A stretch of DNA of 62,205 nucleotides, filler included, from Piptocephalis cylindrospora (GCA_003614145.1; 25 parts of 25 records of this genome joined end to end with filler, not necessarily neighbours in it); one strand, 5' to 3'. Counted from the whole stretch's first letter, positions 31,883-44,984 are shown. Translations and numbers: made by a program. The notes: generated by a model not told the origin, from the letters alone.

Positions 31883-34825
31883 AGACTAAAGTAGAATACT
31901 TTCCTCGTCTATCTCGACGTTAATTTGCATCTATGATGAGAAGGTTGTGCTTTGAATTCTTTAGTGTAGCCTGTGGGTCAATGGGTACATATACTTGGAT
32001 CCTCCTTGAGTAAGAGCTATTCGTATTGTGGCCGTTAAGGCATCGTTAAATTAGTCTTCCATATCGCTCACGAGATCAGAAGGAGCAACACCATTGATCT
32101 CTCTATTCCGATAATACCCCGATAGACTTGCCCGATGCGCCCCATGAGGGAATAAACAGCAGTAAACACATGCAAACAACAGTGTACATAGACTGCATGC
32201 ACAGACGATACACTTTTGGTCATATCCACGCTCCTGTTCCTGTTAACGCACCTTCTCTTACTTCCCTCGAACCCACATTGCTTCAAGCATATATCCCACC
32301 GGAGCCCGGTCACACGCTCCTCTCCAAATCCTTAGATAAGATCATCACGATGACTTAAGGATAGAACTTAATAATAATACTGTATCCTAGCGTTTAATGA
32401 TGGATCCAGCTCCCCCCCCCCTTACTAATGCGGACATCCGAGACCTCTGAAAGATGGTTGGATGCCAGTTTCNNNNNNNNNNNNNNNNNNNNNNNNNNNN
32501 NNNNNNNNNNNNNNNNTTAATTAATTAANNNNNNNNNNNNNNNNNNNNNNNNNNNNNNNNNNNNNNNNNNNNATGTCACCGATTTCCTCCCAGATCATCC
32601 TGGAGGCAAGAAAGCCATCCTTCTCTTGGCCAAGCGACCAGGGAGGTCGAACGAGCAGTGATGAGTCTAGCAGATGAGAGAGATGGGCACGTTGGCTGGA
32701 GGATAGAGCTATACGTGATGATAAAGTAAGGCGGATGAGATGAGGGAGGTTAGGGAAGGGACAGGAGGGGCAGGCGGAGTATGATGTGGTGCTGTGCTGT
32801 GTACAGGGCAATGCGGTGGGGCGGGGGGTTCGGTTAGAACTATGACTCCGCCGGATCATGTTGTTGTGGCGGCCATTGAAATACCCCACTCCCTTCAACT
32901 CCGACAGGTAAGTAGGTGTAGTGAACGATTTGCCAACGAAAAGATGAGAAGGGTTTGACTGTGGATTTAGGTATCCCCAACAATACCCCTGCCCCCTTCG
33001 CACCCCCTCCTACAAGCTCTTACCAGTAGGAGCTGCATTCCCCCCCCCACGGAGGGCCGATCCTCCCAGGGTGCATGACCCCCTTGGACCACCTCAATCA
33101 TAGGGTGTTGTTCTTTTAGGGAATTCTCAAATGTCATGGGATGTAAAGAACCAGTGGACTCGCCTCTGACTTTCCCATTCCACCTGCTCCAATGTATGGA
33201 GAAGGGATGTGCTGGTGTTGGTAGGCTCTATACCATTCTCCTTGATCCGGATCAAGTCAAGTTGATATCTCATCCCCATGCCCACAAGTGAGCAATAAGC
33301 GGTCAAACGCATGGATGGGTGAACCTAGACTGAATGGATCGTCACATCTCCATCACGACATCGTCTCTGGATATCCTTTGCTCTTTCTCCTTTAGAAAGA
33401 AAGGAAACCGCCTCCCTTGAAATATTAGACGTTCAAATGAGGATGAGCAAGGACTTTACTAAAGAAGTTACAATGGAAGGTAAGGGAAAGAAGGGGAAAG
33501 GTCGGGCCACAGCCTCAACTACACATATCCCCGCCAGCGAGACCTTGATCATCACCATGACATGAAGGAGGTCCATCGCCCCACAGACGCGTGCAAACGG
33601 GTAATGTATTGGCCGAAAACGCCGCCGAAAGGATTAAAAAAATAAGAAAGGTACAGCACCCTCTATACACTAGGGATCCGGTCTCCAAGTATTTCCCTAC
33701 ACCCCTTTGACTTCCATCTTTGGACCTTTCTTCTCCCGGCTCCTCAAGATACTGGCGCTCTCTATGGGCCTTTTTTCCCTGACTCTGACCTCCTCCTCGG
33801 TGTGTGTTTGTGATATGGTCCACGCTGTGGATTCCCCAAAAATGGGGTGATTCCGGTGGGCCACTGTGCCAGATTGCAATAGATTATATACCTCTTTCCT
33901 ATACACTAGGGATCCGCTTAAGCCCAGGATGAAACCAAGTCCAAACAAGATATTCATCCTATTCAACGCCCTTAGCGGGATCTAAACCGAGGCTCTGACC
34001 CATGCATCCATACAGTCCTATCTTTGGCCGTCAGGCGTCGGTGTATAAGATGCTCCCATATTTTGACCAGATTTGAAAAGAGGTCTGGAGCAAAGGATAA
34101 GCGAGCTTGGGTGATATAAATAGCCAAAAGAACATATCCATAAAATAGTATTTACTTCTGAGGGTAATAGGCTGCTAATCCATAATTTGATGATGAAACC
34201 ATTTTATTTTCCCCAGTGGGGTAGGCGGTAACGCTAATCCATGATTTCCATTAGATATACGATCCAATGCTAAGCATAATATCAAGTGCATTCTATTTTT
34301 GAGCGTCTGAACTACTAGTAAGCAAGGTTTGATCGTCTTCCGTTTAATAAGTAAATAACTTTTGAGCTTACATTTCTGTATATCTTGTGGGCAGAGAAAG
34401 ATGGAAATATAGGAGGGACAGCTAAGGAAGCTGGTGCAATAGATGAAGGGTCATGATCTTCCATTTCGCACTAGACCTCTAGCCAATGTCTTGAGCTTGT
34501 ACAACAGTACCTCTCATCCATGTGTAGATATCCATGCCATTATCCCTTATTATTATTATATATATCATCCCTCTCTCTCTCCTTCATCTTGCTTTACTAT
34601 CCTTAAATATGACAAGCATGCCAAGCCATACTGCTATCAATACGTCGGGTGTGCTAATCCCGACACCAGCCTAATAATAACAATAGTTTATGAGAGAGCA
34701 ATGATGCCTTCATTGAGACTCAAACTCAACCTCCTTTCACCTCACTTCACTCAAGGGGACCATCACCTATCCCTGACATACGTGTGGGGAGGGGCTCGTA
34801 GGATCCCGCTGTACATCCCGTCGCC

Positions 34826-34980
34826 TTACTTGGACAACTTGCCAACCACGGTCTCGGGAGCATATTTAGCGACCACATCGGGCTTGTGGAGCATGTTAAA
34901 CTCCTCTGTGGCGTCCTTGCCGGCAAAGAGAAGGATGGCTTTCTTGCCTCCAGGATGATCTGGGAGGAAATCGGTGACAT
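34826..34980 (-). CDS. 3' part of a small cytochrome b5-like heme-binding protein
   Basis: VTDFLPDHPGGKKAILLFAGKDATEEFNMLHKPDVVAKYAPETVVGKLSK*, with both heme His present. It is too short to appear in the ORF track. A 55-bp inverted copy sits at 32573-32627. Confidence 0.92.
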
Positions 34981-35608
34981 NNNNNNNNNNNNNNNNNNNN
35001 NNNNNNNNNNNNNNNNNNNNNNNNTTAATTAATTAANNNNNNNNNNNNNNNNNNNNNNNNNNNNNNNNNNNNNNNNNNNNCCCCACCAGGCTTAACGTGT
35101 CTCGTGTGCAGTTCGCGCTCCCTATCCCTCCACTGTAACATAACATAGCATAACATAACAACATAGCATATTGCGCGCTTTGTGTACTGTATGTGAGTGG
35201 AGTGAGTGGCGGGTAGCTCGAGTGGAACCCCAGGAGCTAGCGCTGCATCTGCCTATGGTCCTCCTACAATGAGTCCAGTCTGTTTGCTGGCGGAGTGCTT
35301 GTCATGTGAAAATCAGCGTATCCAGCTGTTGCTGGACTATGAACGCCCCTTGAGCCTTCATCGCTGATAATACTGGTATTTGTAAATTACGGGTCAAAAC
35401 ATAGGAATGAATGGAAGCTTTATACTGCTTAAATTTGGAATCAATCTAGATGACTGTCGTTCCTCTCGGGGATTCCCCATTATGCCATGCAAAGGCGAAG
35501 GTATCGACATCAACCCAGGGGCCATCACATCATCACCATCTCACCCTTCTCGTCTGTCAAGCACTGTCTTTTCACATTACCATTTTTTCCTGTACATACT
35601 CCACCATG

Positions 35609-37309
35609 TCACTCGCTATCCAACCAATCGTCTTCGCTCGCACAGGTCTCAGACCAGGATATCATACTCTCTTGAGCTTCCTTGAGTACATCTTCCTCTT
35701 CTCCTGGCACGCTGGCATACCGTAACCTGGTTCGTAGATCCTTAGTAGGAGCCACTAGATCTCGAGCCCAGTTCCGCATCCCTCTACCCCCTACAGTCAT
35801 CTCCACCAAGGCCGATCCCACCTCCTGAGCCTTGCATACCAGGCGGTGAGGAGGACAGAGAGGGAAAGTGGGAGATAGACGATAGGGGGAGGGGAGTTGG
35901 ATGTGATGATGCTGGAAGGAGGGATATAGTTCCCTATCCCCAAGACTCTTCTTCAACCAATCCTCGACATTAGAGACGGGCGAATCGGTGGCCAGGATGG
36001 ATATCTTCGCATTGGATCTCTAATGGATTGAGGAAGGAGAGGGAAGGTGAGGAAAAGCTAGCGAGATGAGATTTAATCCTATCCATTCGTTACCATGCCA
36101 GGGATGGAAGATGGGATGGGGAGTAGGGACTGAGGATAGAGGGCGTATCCCTTTCCCTTGCTCGAGGCCCAGTCCATGGAAAGGCTCGTCTGCAGGACCG
36201 GTTGGGCTTGCTGCCTGGAAAAGTAGTTGAATATATCTGACATTCTCCCGCCGTCCTCTCTAGAGCAAGATGAATGGAAAATATGAGCTAAGGGCTTTTC
36301 CCTCTATCCACACTTTTTATCTTCATTAGATTTTGAAGGAAAGGCATTACCGGTAGGTCCGAGAAAGAAGATCTAGAGCCATACCAATGGTTGATCCCTG
36401 CTCATAGAGTCGGATAGGAGAGTCGGGAGGATGCGCGGAGACCCCGTCGGTGGACCCCCCAAAGGCCATGGGGAGAAGAAGAGTGTCAGTGGAGAGGGCA
36501 TTCATCATCGAGACTAGGGAGTGGCATGGGGAGAGTAGAGGGTCCATCCCTGGGGCTTCGGGTCCCGGGAGAAGAGGGAGATATATTCGACCCAGGCGAG
36601 GATACTCCTCGGCCAAATGATCAAGAAGGGAATAGGCCACTCCACCCCAGCCATTTCCCGCGGAAGCAAGAACCTGGAATCCTTGTGGGGCATCGGCCTC
36701 TTCCATTAGGTGTCTTAGCTTTCCCTCTAGTACCGTCTCTACTTGCTCCTCCCCACGCATCCATGTCTCCCCGTCAGATCCATGGCTCATGGGGGCTGAT
36801 GGAGGGACAACTGAGAGGGAGAAGGGGGAAATGGGGGCCATAAGCAGGTCAGGCCAATGCACCATGCCCTTTCCATGCAGGATATCCCTAGGAATCCCAT
36901 GCTCTCTTTGAATCCTTTCTCGAAGGGACGGGGAGGTGGAGTGAGCTGAGGTGGACCGATGTACTACCTGCCTCTTTCCCTCCTCCCCCCAAGCAGGTGT
37001 CGTCCACTGCTCCTCCTCCGTACCCTGTTTCCTTTTCAACATCTCGGCTTCCTCGTCTGGTGTGGCCCTGACCAATTCGTCCAGGGACCCAAGATTTCTT
37101 GCATAGTCCAGGACAAGAGCTCGGGGTGCGTACGCCACTCCGCTAGACCTAGCTCCTCCGCGTAGCGTCTTAGGAGCACATTCGCGAAACATATTGGCCC
37201 GACCAGGGGTATCTTCCGTTGGGTCCTGAGCATTCCAAAAAGCCGTACCCACCCAACCGGCCTCTGGACCCACTTGCAAGGTGATGATTTCCTTGGTGTC
37301 TGTTGCCAT
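35609..37309 (-). CDS. DML1: Misato/DML1 tubulin-FtsZ-like mitochondrial distribution protein. Exons 37309-36351, 36259-36094 and 36019-35609.
   Basis: KEIITLQVG...VGTAFWNAQ, YAPRALVLD...LGSL and LRHLMEEADAPQGFQV....GWGG......L.EEYP. The introns preserve frame. Confidence 0.9.
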
Positions 37310-37723
37310 CTCTCTGTTTGTTTTGGATGTTCTGTTGATGGATACAAGGCAGGGAAGATAACAAAGATTGGTGGGTNNNNNNNNNNNNNNNNNNNNNNNN
37401 NNNNNNNNNNNNNNNNNNNNTTAATTAATTAANNNNNNNNNNNNNNNNNNNNNNNNNNNNNNNNNNNNNNNNNNNNCGGCCTTGCCCTACATTTCACTGT
37501 TTACTACTGCATCTGCCTTGCCCTTGCCCCCATGAATGATCATTCTGTTTTCTTTCGTCCCTCTCCCTTGTTCCAAGGAGAGACATTCAGTTCATCGATC
37601 ATTCAAGAATTAATAAAGACATGGTCCACGCGTATGCATATCCACAAGGAGAATTTGACTTGATTCCAACCCAAGGGACCCTCAAACCACCACGATCCCC
37701 CACATCCACACCCACACACATAC

Positions 37724-38044
37724 TCATTCAAATGACTCGGTCGTGGAGATGATATGAGGAGGGACACCATGCCGATGGTAGGCAATACCTCCAGGAGCAG
37801 AAGGGAATTTATGAGGATCAGGGTGGCGCATAACCCAAAGTTCTTCTTCGGTCTGACGACACAAGGCCTCCCTTTGTCGTAGGGAGGAGACATTGCGGTT
37901 GGCCTCGAACTTGGCGCGGATCTCCATGGCCTGGTGCCTCCAGATATCCCTCCGACCAGACCAGTCATAAGCAGACTTTAGTGCTCTTCTGTAGAGGGAG
38001 GAGACACGAGAGCGATGCAAGGCTTCCAGGGTAGGGGTTGACAT
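37724..38044 (-). CDS. NDUFB9: Complex I accessory subunit B22 (LYR protein)
   Basis: SLYRRALKSAYDW, IRAKFEANRNV and HPDPHKFPSAPGG. Confidence 0.93.
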   Translation of the reverse strand: MSTPTLEALHRSRVSSLYRRALKSAYDWSGRRDIWRHQAMEIRAKFEANRNVSSLRQREALCRQTEEELWVMRHPDPHKFPSAPGGIAYHRHGVPPHIISTTESFE

Positions 38045-39980
38045 GGCTTGAAGAAGGGGGCAAGACGGAAAGGGGGATGGAGAGGAGGGGAAGGAAGGGG
38101 AGATGGGATGTTGTGTGAGGTGTGGATGTTGTGTTCGATATGGGTAGTAAAGTGAATCCTGTGTTGTATGTGTGTGTGTGTGTGTGTGTGTGTATTTAGC
38201 TGCTTGAGCCTAGAGGCTGTGTGGATGGGAGAGTTATGAGCCAGGGCAGTTCCGCTCCTCCATCATCCCCCGAATAAGATGGAAAAAGGAAAAACAAACG
38301 ATTTATTTCCAAAATTAATCAATAAATCCGTGTCATTGCGTCCAAACCAGGTTGCATGGGATGCTCTGGTGCATGGACCATCTTTTTCATTTAGTTCCTC
38401 TTTAACCAACTCGACTGGCAGGATGAATTCTCCATGACATTCCCGTTGCACATTCACTTGCTGGTATTAGCACAATGATTTATACTATAAAAACATTATA
38501 TTCTTCATGTCAATTTATTCTTTGTAATACACGTCGGATAGAGCGAATGCCCTACATTTTTCATCCAAGAGAAATATCTCTGGGACAAAACTCCTGGCTC
38601 CACGCACATTGTGACCTCGGGACAGATGCGGCTTCAGATATCCTTGCTTACACTAGCAGGGAAAAATATAGGTTTCATTATTCAAGAGAAAGATCCATGG
38701 GTTTGTCCCCCCCCCCCTCCTTCTCCTCCCCTTGATCCAGGAAGTGACAGGAGAAAGATGGGTTTTGCATCCATCTGTTGAACTGCAAAGTCATGTATGT
38801 CGATACTCTCGTTGATTGAGTTTGCCTTAATGAGAATTCCCTCCTTCGTACCCTCGTTCCCATACTACCTCCACCACCATTAGAACATAGCATAGCTTCC
38901 TCCCTTCCTCCCGGAATGGGCCAATGGAGTTGGGTGATGTGTGTACGTCTGTGTGTGCGTGCGGCCTAGTCACTCTACCCTGGTGAGGGTGGAGACAACG
39001 ATCCCCCAGCCTTTCGACATCGTGGTCCTTTTAAGGGACACAAGGAGAGGCGAGGACGACACATACACACACTAGAAACATACGTATACACACACATATA
39101 TACACATACACACAGACATACTCACTCTCCCATTATGTGTGTCTCCCCTGATCCCAAGGACGAGTGTGCACACACACACACACACACACACACGCACTCA
39201 TTTCACACCTGCAACCCGCTCGACGTTTCCCCCGCCTGGTCACTCCGAACAGGGCGGTACTCACACACTCTCAGCCATCTCGCGCGCCCTCTCCCCTCTA
39301 TACTTGCTCCTCAAGCGGCTTGGCCTCCACCACCACCACCACCACCATCACCGCCCCGTTGGCCTAGGGCCAGGTAAGCTCCAGCCCTCTTGCTTTCCCC
39401 AGCACTCCGAGAGACATCCTTCTCCCACTCCCGCCGTTGGCCTCCCTGACAACAACCCCTCCACTTTCCCTTCCCTTCCCTTCTCCCTGCCTTCATCCCT
39501 TTCCTTTTCTCCTCCCCCCCTTCCCATCCCCAGTCCTTCTTGCCTTGCGCTATCCCTCCTCTCCTCACTGCCTCCCTCCTCTGACTGCCTCTTTCTCCTC
39601 CCTCCTCCCCCCCCTCCCCTCTCCTCTCCCGCCGTTGCCCTTGGTCGTCATCTCCCCTACTCCGCCACCTCTCCCTACCATCCATTCACCTCTCCTCACT
39701 CCCTCAGCCTCCCAGGGTCAACCTTGTTGAATACGCGTGCTCCTGTTTGTCCCCTTCGTCGACCTGATCCCTTGTCTCTTGGCACAATCCCATCCGCCCA
39801 TCCACCCATCCCCAATCCTTTCTCAGGTAGGTCCCCCCCATCTAGGCTTCCTCATCTGCCCTCGAGAGGCTCCCTGTGATNNNNNNNNNNNNNNNNNNNN
39901 NNNNNNNNNNNNNNNNNNNNNNNNTTAATTAATTAANNNNNNNNNNNNNNNNNNNNNNNNNNNNNNNNNNNNNNNNNNNN

Positions 39981-42382
39981 CGATTTAGTGGCCCAATCGT
40001 TGAATGCGCAGTTGGGGTCTGATGGCATTCTGGAAGGATTCCAAAGCCGTAATTTTTTAATTCATTGTCCGGAACTCCCTGCCACGGGCTCCATACATTC
40101 AGGAGGACGATTGTACGCAAGAACAGATGGAGAACTCATCGCGGTTGTAGATGTGAGATCCAACATTCTTCAAGTTGTGTCGATGATTGATAGGGTTGTG
40201 TGGACTGCGTCCATGGCACTCTATCTTCCCTCTCATTCCCCTATCGTTTCCATTGCTTCAGGAGCTTTTGACCATTTTTGGATCCTTCAACAGGACGGNN
40301 NNNNNNNNATCTTTGGATCCTTCAAAAGGACGGTGGGTGTAGAGCGGGAGAGAAAGAAGACCATAGTGTCGATAGTGATACTGATGAAACCATCCTAATT
40401 CTTTAATCATAGGCCACATGACGGAGTGGGATGTGATGGAAGAGCGCGTGAATCAGAGCTGCAAAGAGTGGGAGCTTCTCAACCGACCAAACGGAACAGA
40501 AAAGGAGCATGAGTATTTGTCCTTTTCTATGTCAGGAGGAAAAGGCCAGGGAGAAGCGAGAGGACGGAGAGGCCAAGGTGAGGGATTTGTCGTTGAAGAG
40601 GATGGACTGACTGATGATGAGCAGAATAATGATGGAATCCACGTGGGAGGGCCCAAAAATTTGATCAATGGTCGCACCCAGCAGGTTCAAGATATTGACC
40701 AAATGTCTATGGTAAAGTGTCTAGCCCTGGAGAGTACTTGGGTGGGATAAACTAGTACCGCTCTCATCCTTATACTGTTATCAATGATATTGTGATTACT
40801 TAGAGAACGCCAGAGAATGTTTCCAAGAAAGTCACTGAGGCCCAGCGAGCCATGCATGATACGGCAGTTAAGGAGAAACTTTCTCAGTTGAAAATGACCA
40901 TGGAGGAAGCAGAGGTAAGCTGGGCTCTTGTCAAAAGATGCGTGAGGGTTTGGCTTGGTACACTCATACGATTTATCGGGAATTCCTTTATTGCTCCCCC
41001 CCTCATTGCTTTAGAAATTTCGCCAGTATCAACAAGGGGTTACCCAAGAGACTCAGGAGTTGCGCTTGATACTCAAGTCCGTGGATGCTACACGAAAGGA
41101 ACGCGTTTGGCTCAAAGGGCAAACATCAGGAGAAGTAGATGATAGTCGATTGTAAGTGGCTCTTGTCGGAACAATGTGTAAACGGCTAAGAAGAGGATGG
41201 GAGGATTTAACGGCTCTTATTAATGAATCTGTTAGGGGGGATGGTCTAGCTGGATGGAAAAANNNNNNNNNNATTAATGAATCTGTTAGGGTGGATGGTC
41301 TAGCTGGAGAGAAAAATATTTATCGAAGACGAGGAGTAGCTGACGACCGGACCCATCTCATGACGGCGGCTCGTCCAAAGAGACTCCATATTATCATGGA
41401 TGTCAGCGCTAGGTAGGGTCGAGTGAAGGTGGATGATGTGATGCTAATGGGGCAGAGTAGGCTCAGTACTTATCCGTCCTTCTTTCCTGTAGCATGTTCC
41501 GGTTCAATGCGCACGATGGAAGGCTGGACCGTTCATTGGAGGCTGCACTGAGTAAGTCTGATGTCCATATACCTGCTCTTTTTTTTCTTATCGGTTTATC
41601 TTTCCCTATTTTGCTTAGTGATGATGGAGGCTTTGCAAGGCCTAGAAAGACAGTTTACCTACAGTTTGAGCGGACACAGTGGTAAGGGAGGGAGGGAAGA
41701 AGAGTATAGTGTTATTCCAGGGGATAGTTCAAGTTCCCTTTTGATCATCGATTTCCTGATTTACTCACCTTGGCCCGTGCTCATCATCTTAGGCGATGGT
41801 GCTAAAGTAGTTTTCGTTCCTCGTGGAAATCCACCCAAGACAACGAAGGAAATGTTTTCAGTCCTGGATATTATGGAGAAGCATACCCGATTTTGTTTGG
41901 CCGGGGGTAAGTTTGCTGAAATGGAAGAATGAGTCGGATGATACATTTCCACTCCATGTACTGGTTAGCGCTAACAGTATTGTTACCCAGATAATACCCT
42001 TCAAGCCATTGATGAGGGAATCCAAATGGTGTCTGGGGATGATGGAAGTGGGGTTGATTATGATGATCGACTGGTCATTGTCCTTTCTGACGCAAATCTC
42101 CAGCAGTATTCCATCAAGCCAACGGTTATTGGAGCTGGTAAGTTGCGAAGCTGAGACAGGCGAGTACCTCTACTCAAATTTCAAATCTGCGTGCCCAATT
42201 AGCTCTTCATTCCAACCCGCGCGTCCATGCATGTATCGTATTTATCGGGAGTATCAAGGATCAAGCTGAAGAGTATGATGCTGTGCCACGATACGTTGAC
42301 ATTAACTATTTTATTAAATCTTACTCACTGACAATTCTTCTAGGTTTCGTCGTCAAGTGGGCGGGGGGGCTTATGTATGTCT
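39981..42382 (+). CDS. VWA8: C-terminal multi-exon portion of a VWA8-like protein; truncated, with internal N gaps
   Basis: Spliced segments read KERVWLKGQTSGEVDDSRL|VDGLAGEKNIYRRRG, PKRLHIIMDVSAS|MFRFNAHDGRLDRSLEAA, VMMEAL...GHSG|DG, VIVLSDANLQQY and IVFIGSIKDQA, in the order expected for the VWA8 vWA domain. Confidence 0.85.
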
Positions 42383-42482
42383 NNNNNNNNNNNNNNNNNN
42401 NNNNNNNNNNNNNNNNNNNNNNNNNNTTAATTAATTAANNNNNNNNNNNNNNNNNNNNNNNNNNNNNNNNNNNNNNNNNNNN

Positions 42483-44884
42483 CCCCCCCCCCCCCCCTCC
42501 CCTTTCCTCACATGTCCAACTCCGTAGGATCATCAGATAAAAGGCCATTTTCTTGTCTAGAAAAATCATCCATAACAACATACTCTTCATCCTCATCCAA
42601 AGCCTCACTTCAAGGTACGGTCCAGGTTAAAGGCGGTAGAGATAAGGGCAATGTGGGTAAAGGCCTGGGGAAAGTTCCCGAGCATTTCTCCTGACCTGGC
42701 GACCTCTTCAGAAAAGAGGGTCAAATGATTGCCATAGCCAAGCATCTGCTCGAAAATGACCACGGCTCGCTCGAGCAAAGACCTATCATACTTTCCAGCC
42801 CGAGTCAGGGCCTCAACGAGCCAGAAGGTACACATGGAAAAGGAGCCTTCCTCTCCCCCCACACCATCATCGGAGGCTATATGATTATACCGGTGGACCA
42901 GGTTATTCACGGTCAGACCTCCCTTCTCCGGGGGCAGAAGAATGCGCTCGATGGTCTTGAGGATCCTTGGATCCCCAGGAGAGATGAAAAAGACCAAGGG
43001 CATGATAAGGATGGCCGAGTCAATGGTGTCCTGCGATTCGTAGCTCTGGATAAAAACCCCGGCTTCCTTATTGAAGCCCTTCTCCATAATCTCTTCGTAG
43101 ATGGTGTCCCGGACTCGGAGCCACTTTTCCCGGTCAGGGCAAGGGAACATGCGCTTTTCAGCTAGGCGGAGACCGCGGTCCACAGCGACCCAGCACATGA
43201 CCTTGCTATAGACAAAGTTCTGCATCTTGCTCCGGACCTCCCAGATGCTCATGTCGGGTCGGTACCAATTGTCACACACAAAATTGACCATCCGACGCAA
43301 GGCCACCCAAAAGTCATATGAAATGGGGATACCAAATTTGTTGTATAGGTATACTCCATCCATGAGCTCGCCGTAGATGTCGAGTTGAAGGTGATCATAT
43401 GCGCCATTTCCGATCCGCACGGGCCGAGAGCCCCGATGGCCCTCGAGATGCGGAAGCTCCCGTTCCTCCAGTCTCTTCTCCCCTCGAATCCCATACATGA
43501 TCTGGAGGGACCCGTCCTCTGCCGCATCCCGACACCTCTCCTCAATGAACTTCATGTATGCGTGCGCCTCATCGGTGAAGCCCAGGCGGATAAGGGCGTA
43601 AATGGTGAACGAAGAATCTCGGACCCAAGTATATCGATAATCCCAGTTTCGACCTCCACCAAAGGCCTCTGGCAGGGAGAAGGTGGGTGAGGCAACGACG
43701 GCGCCTGTGGGCTCATAAGTCATGAGCTTGAGCACCAAGGCGGAGCGAAGAACATTTTCCCTCCATCTGCCTTTATAGGTGCTCCGGGAAATCCAGCGGA
43801 CCCAGTAATCACAGGTGCTACGCTGTAGGACGTGCATAAGGTTCCAGGAGAGGGGAGGGTTGTTACCCATGCACTGAAGATCCTCACGAATCCGCTGATC
43901 CGTCGGGGGGATTCGGAAGATCAAGATGAGCCTCTGACCTTCCTTGAGTCTGAGATTCAGGGTGGCCCCAGGGCCCGTGGTCCCTGGCCTCTCTTCCATG
44001 TTCCATTTGGCCTTGGGAATCTCGTGTTCCCCCCCGTGAACAATCCAGCGGAGATCATAATGATGCTCTCCGCTCTCAAAGAGGATGCGCTCCTTGGGTA
44101 TATAAACAGAGGAGTGATCCTGGGCTAGGGTACCAGAGAGATTAGAGAAGCTGGAGTCATGTTGTGTGTCAGAGGCGAAGGTGGCAATGTGGCGATCCTG
44201 GGCGTAGTTGAAGGCTGGAAAGCACTCAATATCAATGGGCAGGGAGCCGCGGACAATGCTGACATGACGGACAACCCAGGGAAGGAAGGGGATGTTGGAG
44301 AGGAGCTCATCTTTGCGGATGCGCGGCATGTAGTCAGTGACCTCACACACACCCTCATCATGTAGAAAGCGGGTCTGGAGTACATTGGTGTTGGGGAGAT
44401 ACTGTTGCTTGGTGGTGCATGACACGGAAGGAGTGACGGAGAAGTGACCGCCCTTGTTCCTGTCCAGGATACGGGCAAAGACGGAGGGTGAGTCAAATTC
44501 TGGCATGCACAGATGGTCAATAGATCCATCCGCGCCGCACAGGGCAGCGGTACGGAGATTTCCAATCAAGCCGTAGTCCTCAATGTGCAGATATCCATCG
44601 GTGCCTCGGGCAGCCACACCCTGCCCTTGGTCTGGAGGAACACTTCGGCTCTTAGCCCTGTTGGACGGGGTGCTTGCCCTTGCCATCGTTGGAGTAGAGC
44701 ATCTCGAGGAGGGATTGGACATTCTACCTAGTTTAAATGATGTGTCTGGGATGGAATGGGAAGCGAAGCGATGAGGATGAAGAGTATGTTGTTATGGATG
44801 ATTTTTCTAGACAAGAAAATGGCCTTTTATCTGATGATCCTACGGAGTTGGACATGTGAGGAAAGGGGAGGGGGGGGGGGGGGG
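42483..44884. repeat. 115-bp terminal inverted repeat (42483-42597 vs 44770-44884); probable chimera
   Basis: Reverse-complement arms that end in poly-C/G at the contig ends. Confidence 0.9.
42605..44722 (-). CDS. Glycoside hydrolase family 15 (trehalase-like subgroup with N-terminal domain), 705-aa uninterrupted ORF
   Basis: IEDYGLIGNLRTAAL...GSID, FDSPSVFARILD, SLPE..GGGRNWDYRYTWVRD, QLDIYGE, SIWEVR and GNFPQAFTH. Confidence 0.94.
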   Translation of the reverse strand: MSNPSSRCSTPTMARASTPSNRAKSRSVPPDQGQGVAARGTDGYLHIEDYGLIGNLRTAALCGADGSIDHLCMPEFDSPSVFARILDRNKGGHFSVTPSVSCTTKQQYLPNTNVLQTRFLHDEGVCEVTDYMPRIRKDELLSNIPFLPWVVRHVSIVRGSLPIDIECFPAFNYAQDRHIATFASDTQHDSSFSNLSGTLAQDHSSVYIPKERILFESGEHHYDLRWIVHGGEHEIPKAKWNMEERPGTTGPGATLNLRLKEGQRLILIFRIPPTDQRIREDLQCMGNNPPLSWNLMHVLQRSTCDYWVRWISRSTYKGRWRENVLRSALVLKLMTYEPTGAVVASPTFSLPEAFGGGRNWDYRYTWVRDSSFTIYALIRLGFTDEAHAYMKFIEERCRDAAEDGSLQIMYGIRGEKRLEERELPHLEGHRGSRPVRIGNGAYDHLQLDIYGELMDGVYLYNKFGIPISYDFWVALRRMVNFVCDNWYRPDMSIWEVRSKMQNFVYSKVMCWVAVDRGLRLAEKRMFPCPDREKWLRVRDTIYEEIMEKGFNKEAGVFIQSYESQDTIDSAILIMPLVFFISPGDPRILKTIERILLPPEKGGLTVNNLVHRYNHIASDDGVGGEEGSFSMCTFWLVEALTRAGKYDRSLLERAVVIFEQMLGYGNHLTLFSEEVARSGEMLGNFPQAFTHIALISTAFNLDRTLK

Positions 44885-44984
44885 NNNNNNNNNNNNNNNN
44901 NNNNNNNNNNNNNNNNNNNNNNNNNNNNTTAATTAATTAANNNNNNNNNNNNNNNNNNNNNNNNNNNNNNNNNNNNNNNNNNNN

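Noticed and set aside
41220..41310. Tandem duplication around a 10-N gap (similar case at 40280-40330)
   Set aside because: These are overlapping scaffold ends with a degraded first copy, an assembly artefact.
42483..44884. TIR transposon carrying a GH15 cargo gene
   Set aside because: There is no transposase or target-site duplication, the arms end at contig ends, and the same fold-back pattern occurs on many contigs.
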